A stretch of DNA of 64,000 bases from Candidatus Entotheonellaceae bacterium. GTDB lineage: Bacteria; Tectomicrobia; Entotheonellia; Entotheonellales; Entotheonellaceae. A program made the position numbers and the translations under genes. Position 1 is the stretch's first letter. Each line of letters opens with the position of its first letter. The notes beneath the pieces are model-generated. The model saw nothing but the letters and a program-made list of their open reading frames with translations, did not search any database and was not told the DNA's origin. The DNA is taken from contig OZ250173.1 in NCBI GenBank assembly GCA_965238075.1, positions 2,496,001-2,560,000 of the forward strand, written 5' to 3'. Positions 31,639 through 41,266 of this stretch are shown here, piece after piece.

Positions 31639-32370
31639 ATGCCGCAGACAAATCGCGTGAAGGCGGCCATGAAAGAAGGGCGCATGGCCTACGGCTACAA
31701 CCTGGCCTTTCCGGCCCCGTGGGTGGTGGACATCCTCGGCAAGCAGCCCTTCGACTTCGTATGGCTCGACGGCGAGCACGGGCCGTTCGGGCTGGAGCAA
31801 CTGGAGCACCTATGCCGCGCCGCCGAGGCGGTGGAGGTGACGCCCATCGCGCGCGTGCCGGACATCAAGGCTTCCACCATCTTGCGCTTTCTCGACCGCG
31901 GCATACAGGGCGTTCTTGGTCCCCATATCGCCACCGCGGCGGACGCCGAGGAGCTGGTGCGGTCCTGCTATTTCGGCCCGCTCGGCGAGCGCTCGTTCGG
32001 AGGCAACCGCGGCACCGATTACAACCAGGGCATCGACGACAAGGCGGCGTATTACCGGATTGCCAATGACAACATGCTGGTCGGCGCTCTGCTGGAGGAC
32101 GCCAGCGTGGTGGACAACCTCGACGAGATTCTGGCGGTGGACGGGATCGACTATTTCGGCATCGGACCCAACGATTTCGCGCAGAGTCTGGGTTATCCGG
32201 GGGAACCCGACCATCCGCAGGTGCGCAAAGTCATGGCCGAGTTGACGGCGCGCATTCGCGGCGCCGGGAGGCGTATGACGGACGACGTCATGTCCTCCGT
32301 GTGGGTGAGCGGCTTGCTTGCCGAGGGTGCACAGCGCTTTCTGGCGGACAGGAAGAACGGGAACGGTTAA
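31639..32370 (+). CDS. HpcH/HpaI aldolase family protein
   Basis: FDFVWLDGEHG, ARVP, LDRG, P.GERS and IGPND motifs. AGGAGG RBS. Confidence 0.88.
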   Translation: MPQTNRVKAAMKEGRMAYGYNLAFPAPWVVDILGKQPFDFVWLDGEHGPFGLEQLEHLCRAAEAVEVTPIARVPDIKASTILRFLDRGIQGVLGPHIATAADAEELVRSCYFGPLGERSFGGNRGTDYNQGIDDKAAYYRIANDNMLVGALLEDASVVDNLDEILAVDGIDYFGIGPNDFAQSLGYPGEPDHPQVRKVMAELTARIRGAGRRMTDDVMSSVWVSGLLAEGAQRFLADRKNGNG

Positions 32371-32396
32371 CGCGATATCTGAAAGGACCCACTGTC

Positions 32397-32828
32397 ATGC
32401 AGCAGCCAACCGTTGTCGCCGTTATCGACGATCTCTTCTTTCAGGCCAAAGTGCGCACCGCTTTGCAGCATCTGGGGCTTGCCGCCGAAATCGTTCCCAA
32501 CGGCGGGCGCCTGCAGGCCCGCTTGCAGGGGGGCGGCGTGCCGGCCTTGGTGATCGTCGATTTGACGCTGCGCGGCGACGACGCGACTGCCCTCATTCGG
32601 GACCTGCGGGCCGAGGAACACGGACGTTCGGTGCCCATCCTGGCCTTTGGCTCTCACGTTGACGTCGAGGTGCGGAAGCAGGCGCTTCAGGCCGGCGCGA
32701 GCCAAGTCGTGGCCAAGTCGGCGTTTGCCAAACGGCTGCCGCAGTTGGTGCGCCAATTTGTGCCCGCAGACGCCGGAGATAATCCCGTTTCGGCGTTGCC
32801 GGAAGATGGGCAGGACGAAGCCTGCTAG
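32397..32828 (+). CDS. Single-domain response regulator-like protein
   Basis: DDLFF, VIVDL and AFGSHVD...A..AGA CheY-like pattern. Confidence 0.75.
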   Translation: MQQPTVVAVIDDLFFQAKVRTALQHLGLAAEIVPNGGRLQARLQGGGVPALVIVDLTLRGDDATALIRDLRAEEHGRSVPILAFGSHVDVEVRKQALQAGASQVVAKSAFAKRLPQLVRQFVPADAGDNPVSALPEDGQDEAC

Positions 32829-32838
32829 CCTGAGGCGC

Positions 32839-32867
32839 TTGACACCTTTCCGGCGCCCTGTTACAAG
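32839..32867 (+). promoter_or_regulatory. Candidate sigma70 promoter of the cold-shock gene
   Basis: TTGACA-N17-TACAAG with an extended -10 TG. Confidence 0.55.
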
Positions 32868-32928
32868 GTGCCCGTGCTGGCCGGGTGGCATACCGGATTG
32901 ACAACGTCATGGAAGGAGGATGGGGTTC

Positions 32929-33129
32929 ATGGCAGTCGGGAAGGTCAAGTGGTTCAACGACAAAAAAGGCTTCGGCTTTATCGAACAGCCCAACGGGGAA
33001 GACATATTCGTTCACTTTTCGGTGATTGAAGGCGACGGGTTCAAGTCACTCGACGAAGGCCAAGAGGTGGAATACGAGGCGGTTCAGGGGCCGAAGGGCC
33101 TGCAGGCCGCTCGCGTTGTCAAGCGGTAA
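32929..33129 (+). CDS. cspA: Cold-shock protein
   Basis: GKVKWFN, KGFGFI (RNP1) and IFVHFS (RNP2). GGAGG RBS. Confidence 0.93.
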   Translation: MAVGKVKWFNDKKGFGFIEQPNGEDIFVHFSVIEGDGFKSLDEGQEVEYEAVQGPKGLQAARVVKR

Positions 33130-33167
33130 TACGATGACGTCCCGGCGCTTGTCGGGACGGATTGCTG

Positions 33168-33752
33168 TCAGGCGGGAAGGGTTTCCAGCAAATCGAGGAA
33201 CTGTTTCAGGATTTTCCCCGTTGTTCCCCAGATCACGTGCTCCTGATACTCAAAGAAGACACTCCGTACTTCACGCCCCCCAAATTCGCGGCATTCCTCC
33301 CCACGTGGGTTGTGCTGGCGCAGGAAACGCAGCGGCACTTCGACAATCAAGGCGGTCTCTCGCCGATCAACAATGAATGAATATGGATACGGGATGGTGC
33401 CGACGAAGGGTCGCACCAGATAATTGCTGTTGCTGGTCAACAGGTCGTCGAGCTGGCCGAGTACCCGCACGTGCGCCGTTTGCAGACCGATCTCCTCCTG
33501 GCTCTCGCGCAGGGCCGTTTGCCGCAGCGTGCCGTCTTGCGTTTCGTAGCCGCCGCCCGGGAAGGACATCTGCCCGCGGTGATGCGGAACGGTTTCCGAG
33601 CGTTTGGTGAAGACGACGCCATAGTCGCCGTTGTGGCGGTACAGCGGCAACAGAATCGCTGCCAAACGACGCCCCGGCACGGTGAGTTCCCGGCCGGGTC
33701 GAGCCTTCAACAGGCCTTGGATGCGCCCTTCCAGGGGTGCCCGCGTCGTCAT
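33168..33752 (-). CDS. CoA pyrophosphatase-type Nudix hydrolase
   Basis: HRGQMSFPGG, Nudix box ALRESQEEIG and IWGTTG. Confidence 0.9.
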   Translation of the reverse strand: MTTRAPLEGRIQGLLKARPGRELTVPGRRLAAILLPLYRHNGDYGVVFTKRSETVPHHRGQMSFPGGGYETQDGTLRQTALRESQEEIGLQTAHVRVLGQLDDLLTSNSNYLVRPFVGTIPYPYSFIVDRRETALIVEVPLRFLRQHNPRGEECREFGGREVRSVFFEYQEHVIWGTTGKILKQFLDLLETLPA

Positions 33753-34120
33753 TTCGCTGCCGGTGCGATGGCCACCACGGCGCGGCGATGCGTGCCGTCG
33801 CCAACTTTCTTGTCCTCATCGTGTGCCTCGACTTTGAATCGCAGCTTGCGCCCGTCCACGTCCAGCAGTTCGGCCCGCACCGTGACGCGTTTGCCCTTTG
33901 GCGTGGCGGCGAAATGTTTCACGTTGACCTCGAAGCCAACCGTCGTGTGCCCCTCCGGCAACAGCGATTGCACCGCCTGGATGCCCGCCCGTTCCATCAA
34001 GCTGATCATCGATGGGGTCGACAGCACGCCGTCCCCGCCCATGTGACTGACCACCAGGCTGTCGTCAACCACGGTGGTGATTTCCGCCGATGCGCCCGGC
34101 CGCAGCTTGTCCAATGACAC
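33749..34120 (-). CDS. Hot-dog thioesterase (fluoroacetyl-CoA thioesterase-like)
   Basis: VLSTP, LME, TVG..V.VKH.AATP.G and GTHRR motifs. GTG start after GGAGG. Confidence 0.85.
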   Translation of the reverse strand: MSLDKLRPGASAEITTVVDDSLVVSHMGGDGVLSTPSMISLMERAGIQAVQSLLPEGHTTVGFEVNVKHFAATPKGKRVTVRAELLDVDGRKLRFKVEAHDEDKKVGDGTHRRAVVAIAPAAK

Positions 34121-34540
34121 GCGTGTTCCTCCGTCTTGTGGGGGTGGAATAAGAGTCGCCAGAATAGCACACTTGCCGGCGGGGGATGAAGGACGGCGCG
34201 GGGGCTTCGCCTTCATGTGCCGGTGTGATTTCGGGCTAGGTTGTGATGTCGACAGGTGTCCGTTGTTAAAATTTAGGCCGGAATTTTTAATAACGTTCTC
34301 CGTCATTGAGAAAACTTGAATAAGGCGACACCAAACGACGGCGCTTTTGCAACCTGGAGAAATCGGCGTATACAAGTTACTCGAATCGTCCAGCCCCGAA
34401 TGGCCAGAGGGTGTAGCATCAGGCGTTTCATCTTAGAGCGGTTTTCGTATGACGATATGGGATCGTCGCAATGGGCAAAACCAGCCCTGATCATCCGATG
34501 TCTTACCGTGAAAATAGCCGCCGGCGTGATGGCCAACGCC

Positions 34541-34624
34541 CCCAAAGCCGTCATCCCGGTATGCGCCGGGATGACGGCTTTGGGCGTCCGAAAACCCCTG
34601 AACCCCGGCTTCCGCCGGGGTGAC
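34541..34624. repeat. REP-like palindromes (perfect 19-bp-stem hairpin plus GTCACCCCGGC-type hairpin)
   Basis: CCCAAAGCCGTCATCCCGG-TATGCG-CCGGGATGACGGCTTTGGG (34541-34584) and ACCCCGGC-TTCC-GCCGGGGTGAC (34602-34624). Confidence 0.7.
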
Positions 34625-34707
34625 GGTCCCATTTTCATGCTTCAGGCTCACGATAAGATAGGCCAGACACACAAACGCATACCGCTATAATCGGAGATGC
34701 TGACGAT

Positions 34708-36117
34708 ATGGCACAACAACAAGGCTTCGCATTCAACGATCCCGAGTCCATAGCTCGTGACGGTGACCTCAGGGTGGTTCGTGCCCGTGCCTGCGACATT
34801 GCGCCCTTTGACGGAAGCCTATTCGAAGGTTTCGATTCCATGTATGCGCTGACTTACACCTCCAGTATTCCCATGATTGTAGGCCTGCTGCGAGATCATG
34901 ATTTTCGGACGTTTGAGTGTGTATTCGGTCATGGCGGGGTGCTGTCCCGCGAGGCCGCGGAGGTTCTGGCGTTCCAGGCGGTACTCGACGAGAAGCTGAA
35001 CAAGGGCTTCATCGGGTTGGACGGACTGACGACAGAGCGCCGGGAAGTTGTCTACAACCGCGTTGCTGATGGGAGCGTGCGGTTCTATGTGGTGAAGGAT
35101 GCCGTCGCCCACGCCAAGATTTATCTCCTCGAACGGGGCGGGCTCCGGCGGGTCATTGTGGGATCGGCCAACCTATCGGAAACGGCCTTCTCGGGCAGGC
35201 AGGCGGAAACATTGATTGTCTTCGACAACGACGATACCGCTTGGCGTCATTACCGGGCGCAGTACGAAGCCGTTCGTGACGTTTCTACGAGCCATGTTCC
35301 ACTCAGACGGGAGCCCGTTGTCGCGGAGCCGGGTGTGCTGCACCTTGAAGAAACACCCAGCTTACGTGAGGCGGAAACGGGCTCCGATGGGATAACCCTC
35401 TACGTTCCGCAGGAATCAGCCGCCGAGGCTGAATACGCCGTGCCGCAGATCGCGGCCCGGGTTGAAGCCATCAAGCCCGTTTTTAAAAGAGCACTGGCCG
35501 ACGTCAGACCCGACAGGAAGGGCAATCTTCACCTTGCGTCTCGCATTATCAAGCAAATGACGCGACTGTCCCGGTCCCGGCAGGTTGAAGACGCGCCGCC
35601 GACTTCCCTGACCTTGGATAACGGTCGCTTCACGCTTTCCGGGCAAGAGCTGAACCTCGACACGGAGGCGGATGAGGTGAGCGGGGACGTGGACAGGTGG
35701 CTGGCGTTTTTCCGTAACTACGAAAACGGATTCGTGGGGGACGTACCCCGCCTGCAGCGAGATTACTTCACCTTCATGTGCTGGTTTTACTTCTCGCCGT
35801 TCATGTGCGACTTGCGCAGTGCCGCGTTACGACGAAACGTCTTCAGTTTCGACCAGCCTATGTTTGCCGTCCTATACGGTTCAAGTAACTGCGGCAAGAC
35901 CAGCCTTGTGGAAACTCTCATGACGTCCATGTTTTCCTACCCGCGCATCGTCGAAACGCGGCACTTCACCCGCAGTAACCTTCGAGGGCTTCAGCAGGCG
36001 TATCGAAGATTTCCGGTGGTATTTGATGACGTGACCAGAGACCGTTTCAACCGCCACGCCGACGAGATTATCAAGGACGAAACCATTCCGAGTATCCGTG
36101 CTTCGCGTTATCTATGA
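34708..36117 (+). CDS. PLD-family nuclease fused to a P-loop ATPase (N-terminal part)
   Basis: HAKIYLLE...VIVGSANLS (HKD-like), Walker A GSSNCGKT and Walker B PVVFDD. Confidence 0.75.
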   Translation: MAQQQGFAFNDPESIARDGDLRVVRARACDIAPFDGSLFEGFDSMYALTYTSSIPMIVGLLRDHDFRTFECVFGHGGVLSREAAEVLAFQAVLDEKLNKGFIGLDGLTTERREVVYNRVADGSVRFYVVKDAVAHAKIYLLERGGLRRVIVGSANLSETAFSGRQAETLIVFDNDDTAWRHYRAQYEAVRDVSTSHVPLRREPVVAEPGVLHLEETPSLREAETGSDGITLYVPQESAAEAEYAVPQIAARVEAIKPVFKRALADVRPDRKGNLHLASRIIKQMTRLSRSRQVEDAPPTSLTLDNGRFTLSGQELNLDTEADEVSGDVDRWLAFFRNYENGFVGDVPRLQRDYFTFMCWFYFSPFMCDLRSAALRRNVFSFDQPMFAVLYGSSNCGKTSLVETLMTSMFSYPRIVETRHFTRSNLRGLQQAYRRFPVVFDDVTRDRFNRHADEIIKDETIPSIRASRYL

Positions 36118-36740
36118 ACGCCGATGCGCGCACGTTCCGCCCCGAAATCGTGAAGCGTTCGCTGATGCTCTACACCCGAACCGCATTGCCCGGTGACGCC
36201 ACGGACGCCCGCCGCAACTTGCAACGCTCCGTCACGGCCATCCGCGATGGCATGACCACGGCGCTGTACCGCACCTATCTGAAGCGCGCCCTGCAGGCGG
36301 TGGGAGATGCCGCCGCCTCGGAGAACGACGACATCGACGCTTTGCGACTGTCCTCCGATATCCTGTGCACCCTGTTTCGGGAGAATTTACCCCCCGGTGC
36401 GGATATGCCGCATTGGTGCCGCGCCGTTACGTTGCAGGCGTACCAGAAAGCCGCGTTCGAGCGACCCCGACTGATTTTGGATCGGTTTCTGCGTGCGGAA
36501 AATTACAGGAAGGAGCAGCGCCCACCGGAGGGTTACTGGGGAATATGGGGGGACGCCGTCGTCATCGCGGTAGCTCCTCTCGAGTTCAGCCGGGTTCGTT
36601 CGGATATACCCGACTGGATACTGGACGACACGGCCAGCTCTTTAGGCCAGATCGTTATGCGGCGCGATCTGCTGGAGGAATTTCTTGGACGTCGGATTAC
36701 GCGTTCCCGCCGTTGGTTCGGCTCCCTTGGCGGACGTTGA
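36114..36740 (+). CDS. Probable C-terminal continuation of the PLD-ATPase (frameshift) or a coupled partner ORF
   Basis: The frame is open upstream of its ATG (EYPCFALSMN), giving a sensor-1-like strand. EIVKRS could hold an Arg finger. ATGA overlap with the preceding ORF. Confidence 0.55.
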   Translation: MNADARTFRPEIVKRSLMLYTRTALPGDATDARRNLQRSVTAIRDGMTTALYRTYLKRALQAVGDAAASENDDIDALRLSSDILCTLFRENLPPGADMPHWCRAVTLQAYQKAAFERPRLILDRFLRAENYRKEQRPPEGYWGIWGDAVVIAVAPLEFSRVRSDIPDWILDDTASSLGQIVMRRDLLEEFLGRRITRSRRWFGSLGGR

Positions 36741-36763
36741 TCCGGACATCGCCTGTGGCGCCG

Positions 36764-37144
36764 CTATTCATGGTACCGCACCCGGATGCGTTGGCTGAAC
36801 CGGTCCCGCAGCCAGTGCTTCAGCGCCAGACGGCTGCCGGGCACGAGTAGCAGCAGGCCGGCCGCGTCGGTCAGCAAGCCCGGCGTCAGCAGCACGATGC
36901 CCGCTGCCAGAATCAGCACGCCGTCGATCAGTTCCTCATCTGGCATGATACCTTGCGCCATCTTCTCCTGAATGCGCCACAGCACCTTCAGCCCCTCCCG
37001 GTGGGCCAGGGAGGCACCCAGTACCGCGGTGAGTACGAGGATCGCCAACGTTGCCAGGGTGCCGATGCGCGAGCCGATCTCAATCAGCAGGACGATTTCG
37101 GCCAGCGGTAGTGCAATGAACAACACCAGCAATTTGATCAGCAT
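36764..37144 (-). CDS. fxsA: FxsA family membrane protein
   Basis: PLAEIVLLI, TAVLG and LLTPGLLTD..G.LLL.P motifs. Confidence 0.9.
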   Translation of the reverse strand: MLIKLLVLFIALPLAEIVLLIEIGSRIGTLATLAILVLTAVLGASLAHREGLKVLWRIQEKMAQGIMPDEELIDGVLILAAGIVLLTPGLLTDAAGLLLLVPGSRLALKHWLRDRFSQRIRVRYHE

Positions 37145-37253
37145 GCCGATCCCTTTCCCACACGTTCGTCCAGTGTGAAAACTCCTGCTGCTGCGCCGCG
37201 TCGGAACCCCGAAAGGGCGCTTTCCAGGCGGCCCAAACACAGTTCCGTATCTG

Positions 37254-37282
37254 TTGACACTATAGGCGGTATTCAGTAGCAT
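37254..37282 (+). promoter_or_regulatory. Candidate sigma70 promoter upstream of the coiled-coil/OmpA gene
   Basis: TTGACA-N17-TAGCAT. Confidence 0.55.
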
Positions 37283-37570
37283 GCCAACATTTGTACGTTT
37301 CCTTCGGCTTGCCGCAGGAAGCGTATCGCCGGATGTGAGGCGGCTGAGGCGCGTCACGTCGTCCGCAGCAACCCCTCGGCTTCCCGGCCCGTTCAGGTGG
37401 GTTCCGGCAGGTAGTCGGTACTCTTACTCACACTTTATCGTCACACCTATCAAGCCATGAATCCTTGCGAACATTTCCAACCCTGGCGGAGCGCGTCCTG
37501 TGCCCGATGACAGGTTGGCGATACGTATGAACGTATCCGTGGAAGCACGACTCATTCTGGGAGAGCACTC

Positions 37571-40500
37571 ATGACCCAACGGACGGTGGTGGTACTGATA
37601 ACAGCCGCGGTAATTTTCGCAGCCGCTGTCGCCGGGCAGGCGGATGACGCGCTGCGTTGGAAGAACAAGCAATTGCAGGCGGAGTTGAGTCGGTTGCAGG
37701 CGCAGGCGGCCACCCACGCTCAAACGGAGGCCGATCTGGAGATCGAGCGGCGCCAGAAGGATGCGGCTCGGCAGATGTTGGCGTCGGTGCAGCAGCAACT
37801 GAGGGATGCCCAGACGTTGCTGGTGCAGGGTCAGGAGCGGGATGCCGCTTTGCAGCAGGACCTGTCGCAGGCGCAGCAGCGGCTGGCCCGGGCCGAGGCG
37901 GAATCGGCCCAGTCGCAAGGCGCCCAGCAAGCCCTGACGGGGCTGCGGGGTGAATTGGCGAACACGCAATCGGCGCTCGCTGAGGAACAGGAACGGCACC
38001 GGACCTCCCGTGGCATATTGGCCGGTGTGCGTCAAGCTTTGGAGCAGGCCAGCGCCGCGGTGGTGAAGCTGCGTTGGGCACAGACCAGACAGAGCCAGGC
38101 GAGCGCTTTAGCGCAAGCCGCCTTGCAGGCGAAACTGATGGAGGCGCAGCAACGGCAGTGGCAGGCCGAGCAGGACACCGTGTCGCTGCGGCAGGAGTTG
38201 TCGCAGGCGAATGGGATGGCGGCGAAATTGCAGGTGCAGGCCGTCAGTGCCCAGGGCGAAGCCAGTGACACGCAGGAATCGCTAGCGGCGGTGCGGCGGA
38301 CATTGGCGGAAGCCCGGTCGGCCCTGGCGCAGGAGCAGGGTCGGTATCGCGTGGTAGCGCAGGTGCTGTCGAGCACGCAGCAGCGGCTGGGGGAAGCCAA
38401 CGTGCTGTCGGTGAAATTGCGGGCTGAACTGGACAATGTAGGGCGGGCGGCTGCCGTGCGCCAAGGCATGTTGGCGTCGGTGCAGCAGCAACTGAGGGAT
38501 GCCCAGGCATCCATGGTTCAGGGTCAGGACCGTGAGGCTGCTTTGCAACAGGACCTGTCTCAGACGCAGCAGCGGCTGGCCCAGGCCGAGGCGGAATCGG
38601 CGCAGTTGCAGGGTGCCCAGCAAGCCCTGGCGAGGCTGCAAGATGAATTGGTTGGCACGCAGTCGGGACTCGCTGAGGAACAGGAACGGCACCGGACCTC
38701 TCGTGGCATATTGGCCGGTGTGCGCCAGGCCTTGGAGCAGGCCAGCGCCGCGGTGGTGAAGCTACGCTGGGCACAGACGAGACGAGACCAGGCGAACGCC
38801 GTATCGCAAGCGGCCGTGCAGGAAGAACTGCTTGAGGCGCAGCAACGGCAATGGCAGGCCGAGCAGGACACCGTGTCACTGCGTCAGGAGTTGTCGCGGA
38901 CGAATGCGACGGCGGCAGGACTGCAGGCGCAAGTCGCCAGTGCCCAGGGCGAAGCCAGTGACGCGCAGGAATCGCTAGCGGCGCTGCGTCAGGCGTTGGC
39001 GAATGCCCGAACGGCCCTGGCGGCGGAGCAGGGTCGGTATCGCGTGGTAGCGCAGGTGTTGTCGAGCACGCAGCAGAGGTTGGCGGAAGCCAGCGTGTTG
39101 TCGGTGCAGTTGCGGTCGGAACTGGGCGATGTAAGGCGAGTGGCTGCCGTGCGTCAAGGCATGCTGGCGTCCGTGCAGCAGCAACTGAGAGGCGCCCAGA
39201 CGTCGATGGTGCAGGATCAGGAACGCCAAGTGGGCCTGGAGCAGACGTTGGCGCAAACCCAGCAGGACTTGGCGCAGGCCAACGCGGCGGCGGAACGGGC
39301 GCAGAGCGAGATGGTGCGGCAGACCCGGACTAACGAGGTTCGACAGTCGCAGATGAACCGGGACCTTGTGGACGCTCGGGCGCAAGGCGAGGCGGTGCAA
39401 CTGATCCTGGCATCTGTGCGGGAAGAGTTGGCGCGTACCCGCCGAACACTGGAGCAGGAGCAGGGGCGCAACGCGGCACAGGGCGAGGTATTGGCCAACA
39501 CGCAGGCGGCGTTCTCGGAAACCTCCGCGTCGCTTGCCGAAGTTCGTGCGGCGATGGCAGAGCAGACCGAGGCGCACGCTAACGCGCAAGCGGCGGCGCA
39601 GGCTGACAAGCAGCAATGGGTCGAGCGTTACTGGGACATGGAACAGCAGCGTAACAAGACGCGGCAAGCCATGAAGCGCGCGGAGCAGGCGTACGCGGAG
39701 ACGCAGCAAGCCCTGGATCAAACGACGCGGCAGGCACGGATTGACGAAATCCGACAGTCGCAGCTGCGCCGGGATCTGATGGAGGCGCAGGCTCAGGTCG
39801 AGGCCACGCAACAGGCCTTGTCGGCAACCTCTGTGTCGCTTGCCGAAGTTCGTGCGGCGATGGCAGAACAGACCGAGGCGCACGCCAACGCGCAAGCGGC
39901 GGCGCAGTCTGACAAGCAGCAGTGGGTCGAGCGTTACTGGGACATGGAACAGCAGCGCAACAAGACGCGGCAAGCCATGAAGCGCGCGGAGCAGGCGTAT
40001 GCGGAGACGCAGCAGGCCCTGGATCAGACGACGCGGCAGGCGCGGATTGACGAAATCAGGCAGTCGCAACTGAGCAGGGACCTGACGGAGGCGCGGCAAG
40101 TTTTGGACCGCAGGCGCGCCCGCCGTGCCGAGGCCGCTGCAGGCGTCGAAGCGGTGGCCGATCTGGTGCGGCAGCGTTTTGCGGATGAATTTCGTCAAAA
40201 GCAGTTGAGCGTGCGGGAAGGCAAACGGCGCGTGAAACTCGCGTCGTCTGAGGTCTTTGATTTCGTCAAGGCTGTTGAATTAGGAAGCCGGTCCGTGCAG
40301 ACCCTGGATCGACTCGCCGCGATACTGCAGGAACTTCCCTCGCATCAGGTGCGGTTTGAGGTCCACACGGACAGCATTCCCCTCAGGCAAGGTTCGAAAT
40401 GGCCGACGAACTGGGAGTTGTCGACAGCGCGGGCCGCTAAGCTCGCGCGTTACCTGATCGACAAGGGGGTGGCGCCCGAACGCCTGTCGATTGGCGGCTA

Positions 40501-40597
40501 CGGCGAGTATCGTCCCGTGGCCGACAACAGCACGCCGGAAGGGCGGCGGCAGAACCGGCGGGTTGAGGTGATCATTAAACCGCCGCGCCAGCGGTAG
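37571..40597 (+). CDS. Secreted long coiled-coil repeat protein with C-terminal MotB/OmpA-like peptidoglycan-binding domain
   Basis: Signal peptide (AGQA), Q/A/E/L/R-rich helical body, and C-terminal HTDS, NWELSTARA, GYGEYRP and NRRVEV. Confidence 0.85.
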   Translation: MTQRTVVVLITAAVIFAAAVAGQADDALRWKNKQLQAELSRLQAQAATHAQTEADLEIERRQKDAARQMLASVQQQLRDAQTLLVQGQERDAALQQDLSQAQQRLARAEAESAQSQGAQQALTGLRGELANTQSALAEEQERHRTSRGILAGVRQALEQASAAVVKLRWAQTRQSQASALAQAALQAKLMEAQQRQWQAEQDTVSLRQELSQANGMAAKLQVQAVSAQGEASDTQESLAAVRRTLAEARSALAQEQGRYRVVAQVLSSTQQRLGEANVLSVKLRAELDNVGRAAAVRQGMLASVQQQLRDAQASMVQGQDREAALQQDLSQTQQRLAQAEAESAQLQGAQQALARLQDELVGTQSGLAEEQERHRTSRGILAGVRQALEQASAAVVKLRWAQTRRDQANAVSQAAVQEELLEAQQRQWQAEQDTVSLRQELSRTNATAAGLQAQVASAQGEASDAQESLAALRQALANARTALAAEQGRYRVVAQVLSSTQQRLAEASVLSVQLRSELGDVRRVAAVRQGMLASVQQQLRGAQTSMVQDQERQVGLEQTLAQTQQDLAQANAAAERAQSEMVRQTRTNEVRQSQMNRDLVDARAQGEAVQLILASVREELARTRRTLEQEQGRNAAQGEVLANTQAAFSETSASLAEVRAAMAEQTEAHANAQAAAQADKQQWVERYWDMEQQRNKTRQAMKRAEQAYAETQQALDQTTRQARIDEIRQSQLRRDLMEAQAQVEATQQALSATSVSLAEVRAAMAEQTEAHANAQAAAQSDKQQWVERYWDMEQQRNKTRQAMKRAEQAYAETQQALDQTTRQARIDEIRQSQLSRDLTEARQVLDRRRARRAEAAAGVEAVADLVRQRFADEFRQKQLSVREGKRRVKLASSEVFDFVKAVELGSRSVQTLDRLAAILQELPSHQVRFEVHTDSIPLRQGSKWPTNWELSTARAAKLARYLIDKGVAPERLSIGGYGEYRPVADNSTPEGRRQNRRVEVIIKPPRQR
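37775..39215 (+). repeat. Intragenic tandem repeat, 693-bp (231-aa) period, about 2.1 copies
   Basis: ATG(T/C)TGGCGTC(G/C)GTGCAGCAGCAACTGAG recurs at 37775, 38468 and 39161. Confidence 0.9.
39530..40095 (+). repeat. Intragenic tandem repeat, 306-bp (102-aa) period, about 2 copies
   Basis: TCGCTTGCCGAAGTTCGTGCGGCGATGGCAGA at 39530 and 39836. Peptide DKQQWVERYWDMEQQRNK occurs twice. Confidence 0.9.
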
Positions 40598-40723
40598 GCA
40601 TGGGTTGCTGACCGGCCTGCAAGACAAACCGCCATTGGCATGACGCACACCGGACGGTTGTTTCGGGTGTAACGCCAATGGCGGTGATTTTTGCGGGTGT
40701 CCCGGGTCAGGGCGGAAACGCTG

Positions 40724-41266
40724 CTACGGCAAGGCGGGTTCCAGGGCCAAGCGGTGCAGTCGCCACGTCCATTCGATGTCGGTGAGCGCGCGGTGCTGGT
40801 CCTCGCCCTCACGGACCAGCTTGTAATGCTCCGCCACCGTGCCCAGCCCGAGATGCAGGTCGGCGGGCAGGGCGCCGAGCAGTTGGAAGCGTTTGTACAG
40901 GCTCCACACGTCGAAGATGTGATAATCAAACCGCCAGGGAATGCCGTGGCGCTGGTAGGCGCGATACAGAAACGCCTCGTCGAACTTCGTATTCCAGCCG
41001 CTGAGGACGGCGTCGTCCTGACATCGCTTGTCGAACTGCCGCAGCACCTCTTCAAGAGGCGCCGCCGCAGCAATGCTGGCGGGCGGAATCTTGTGGACCT
41101 CATCCGCCTCGGCGCTCTTCTCCACCTCGCCCGGATTGGCTAAGGAGTGAAAATCTTCGGCTTCGCGCTGACCGTCGGTCTCGAAAATGCAGCCGATTTC
41201 GATAATGCCATGCCGGTCGACGTCGAGACCGGTTGTTTCCAGATCGACAAAGACTAACTGAGCCAT
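40724..41266 (-). CDS. DEDDh 3'-5' exonuclease
   Basis: FVDLETTG, WNTKFD and HRALTD motifs. Confidence 0.9.
   Translation of the reverse strand: MAQLVFVDLETTGLDVDRHGIIEIGCIFETDGQREAEDFHSLANPGEVEKSAEADEVHKIPPASIAAAAPLEEVLRQFDKRCQDDAVLSGWNTKFDEAFLYRAYQRHGIPWRFDYHIFDVWSLYKRFQLLGALPADLHLGLGTVAEHYKLVREGEDQHRALTDIEWTWRLHRLALEPALP

Noticed and set aside
34125-34700. ORFs 34303..34638, 34316..34690 and the long N-terminus of the thioesterase ORF
   Set aside because: No motifs or RBS. They run through REP palindromes and promoter-like AT-rich sequence.
37775-40095. Possible CRISPR or non-coding repeat array
   Set aside because: Repeat periods are 693 and 306 bp, in-frame within a CDS, with no spacer structure and no cas genes.
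34708-41266. Zorya-like defence island (OmpA/MotB domain near a nuclease-ATPase)
   Set aside because: No ZorA/MotA-like multi-TM partner. The OmpA protein has a signal peptide and its own promoter, and is separated from the nuclease by the oppositely oriented fxsA.
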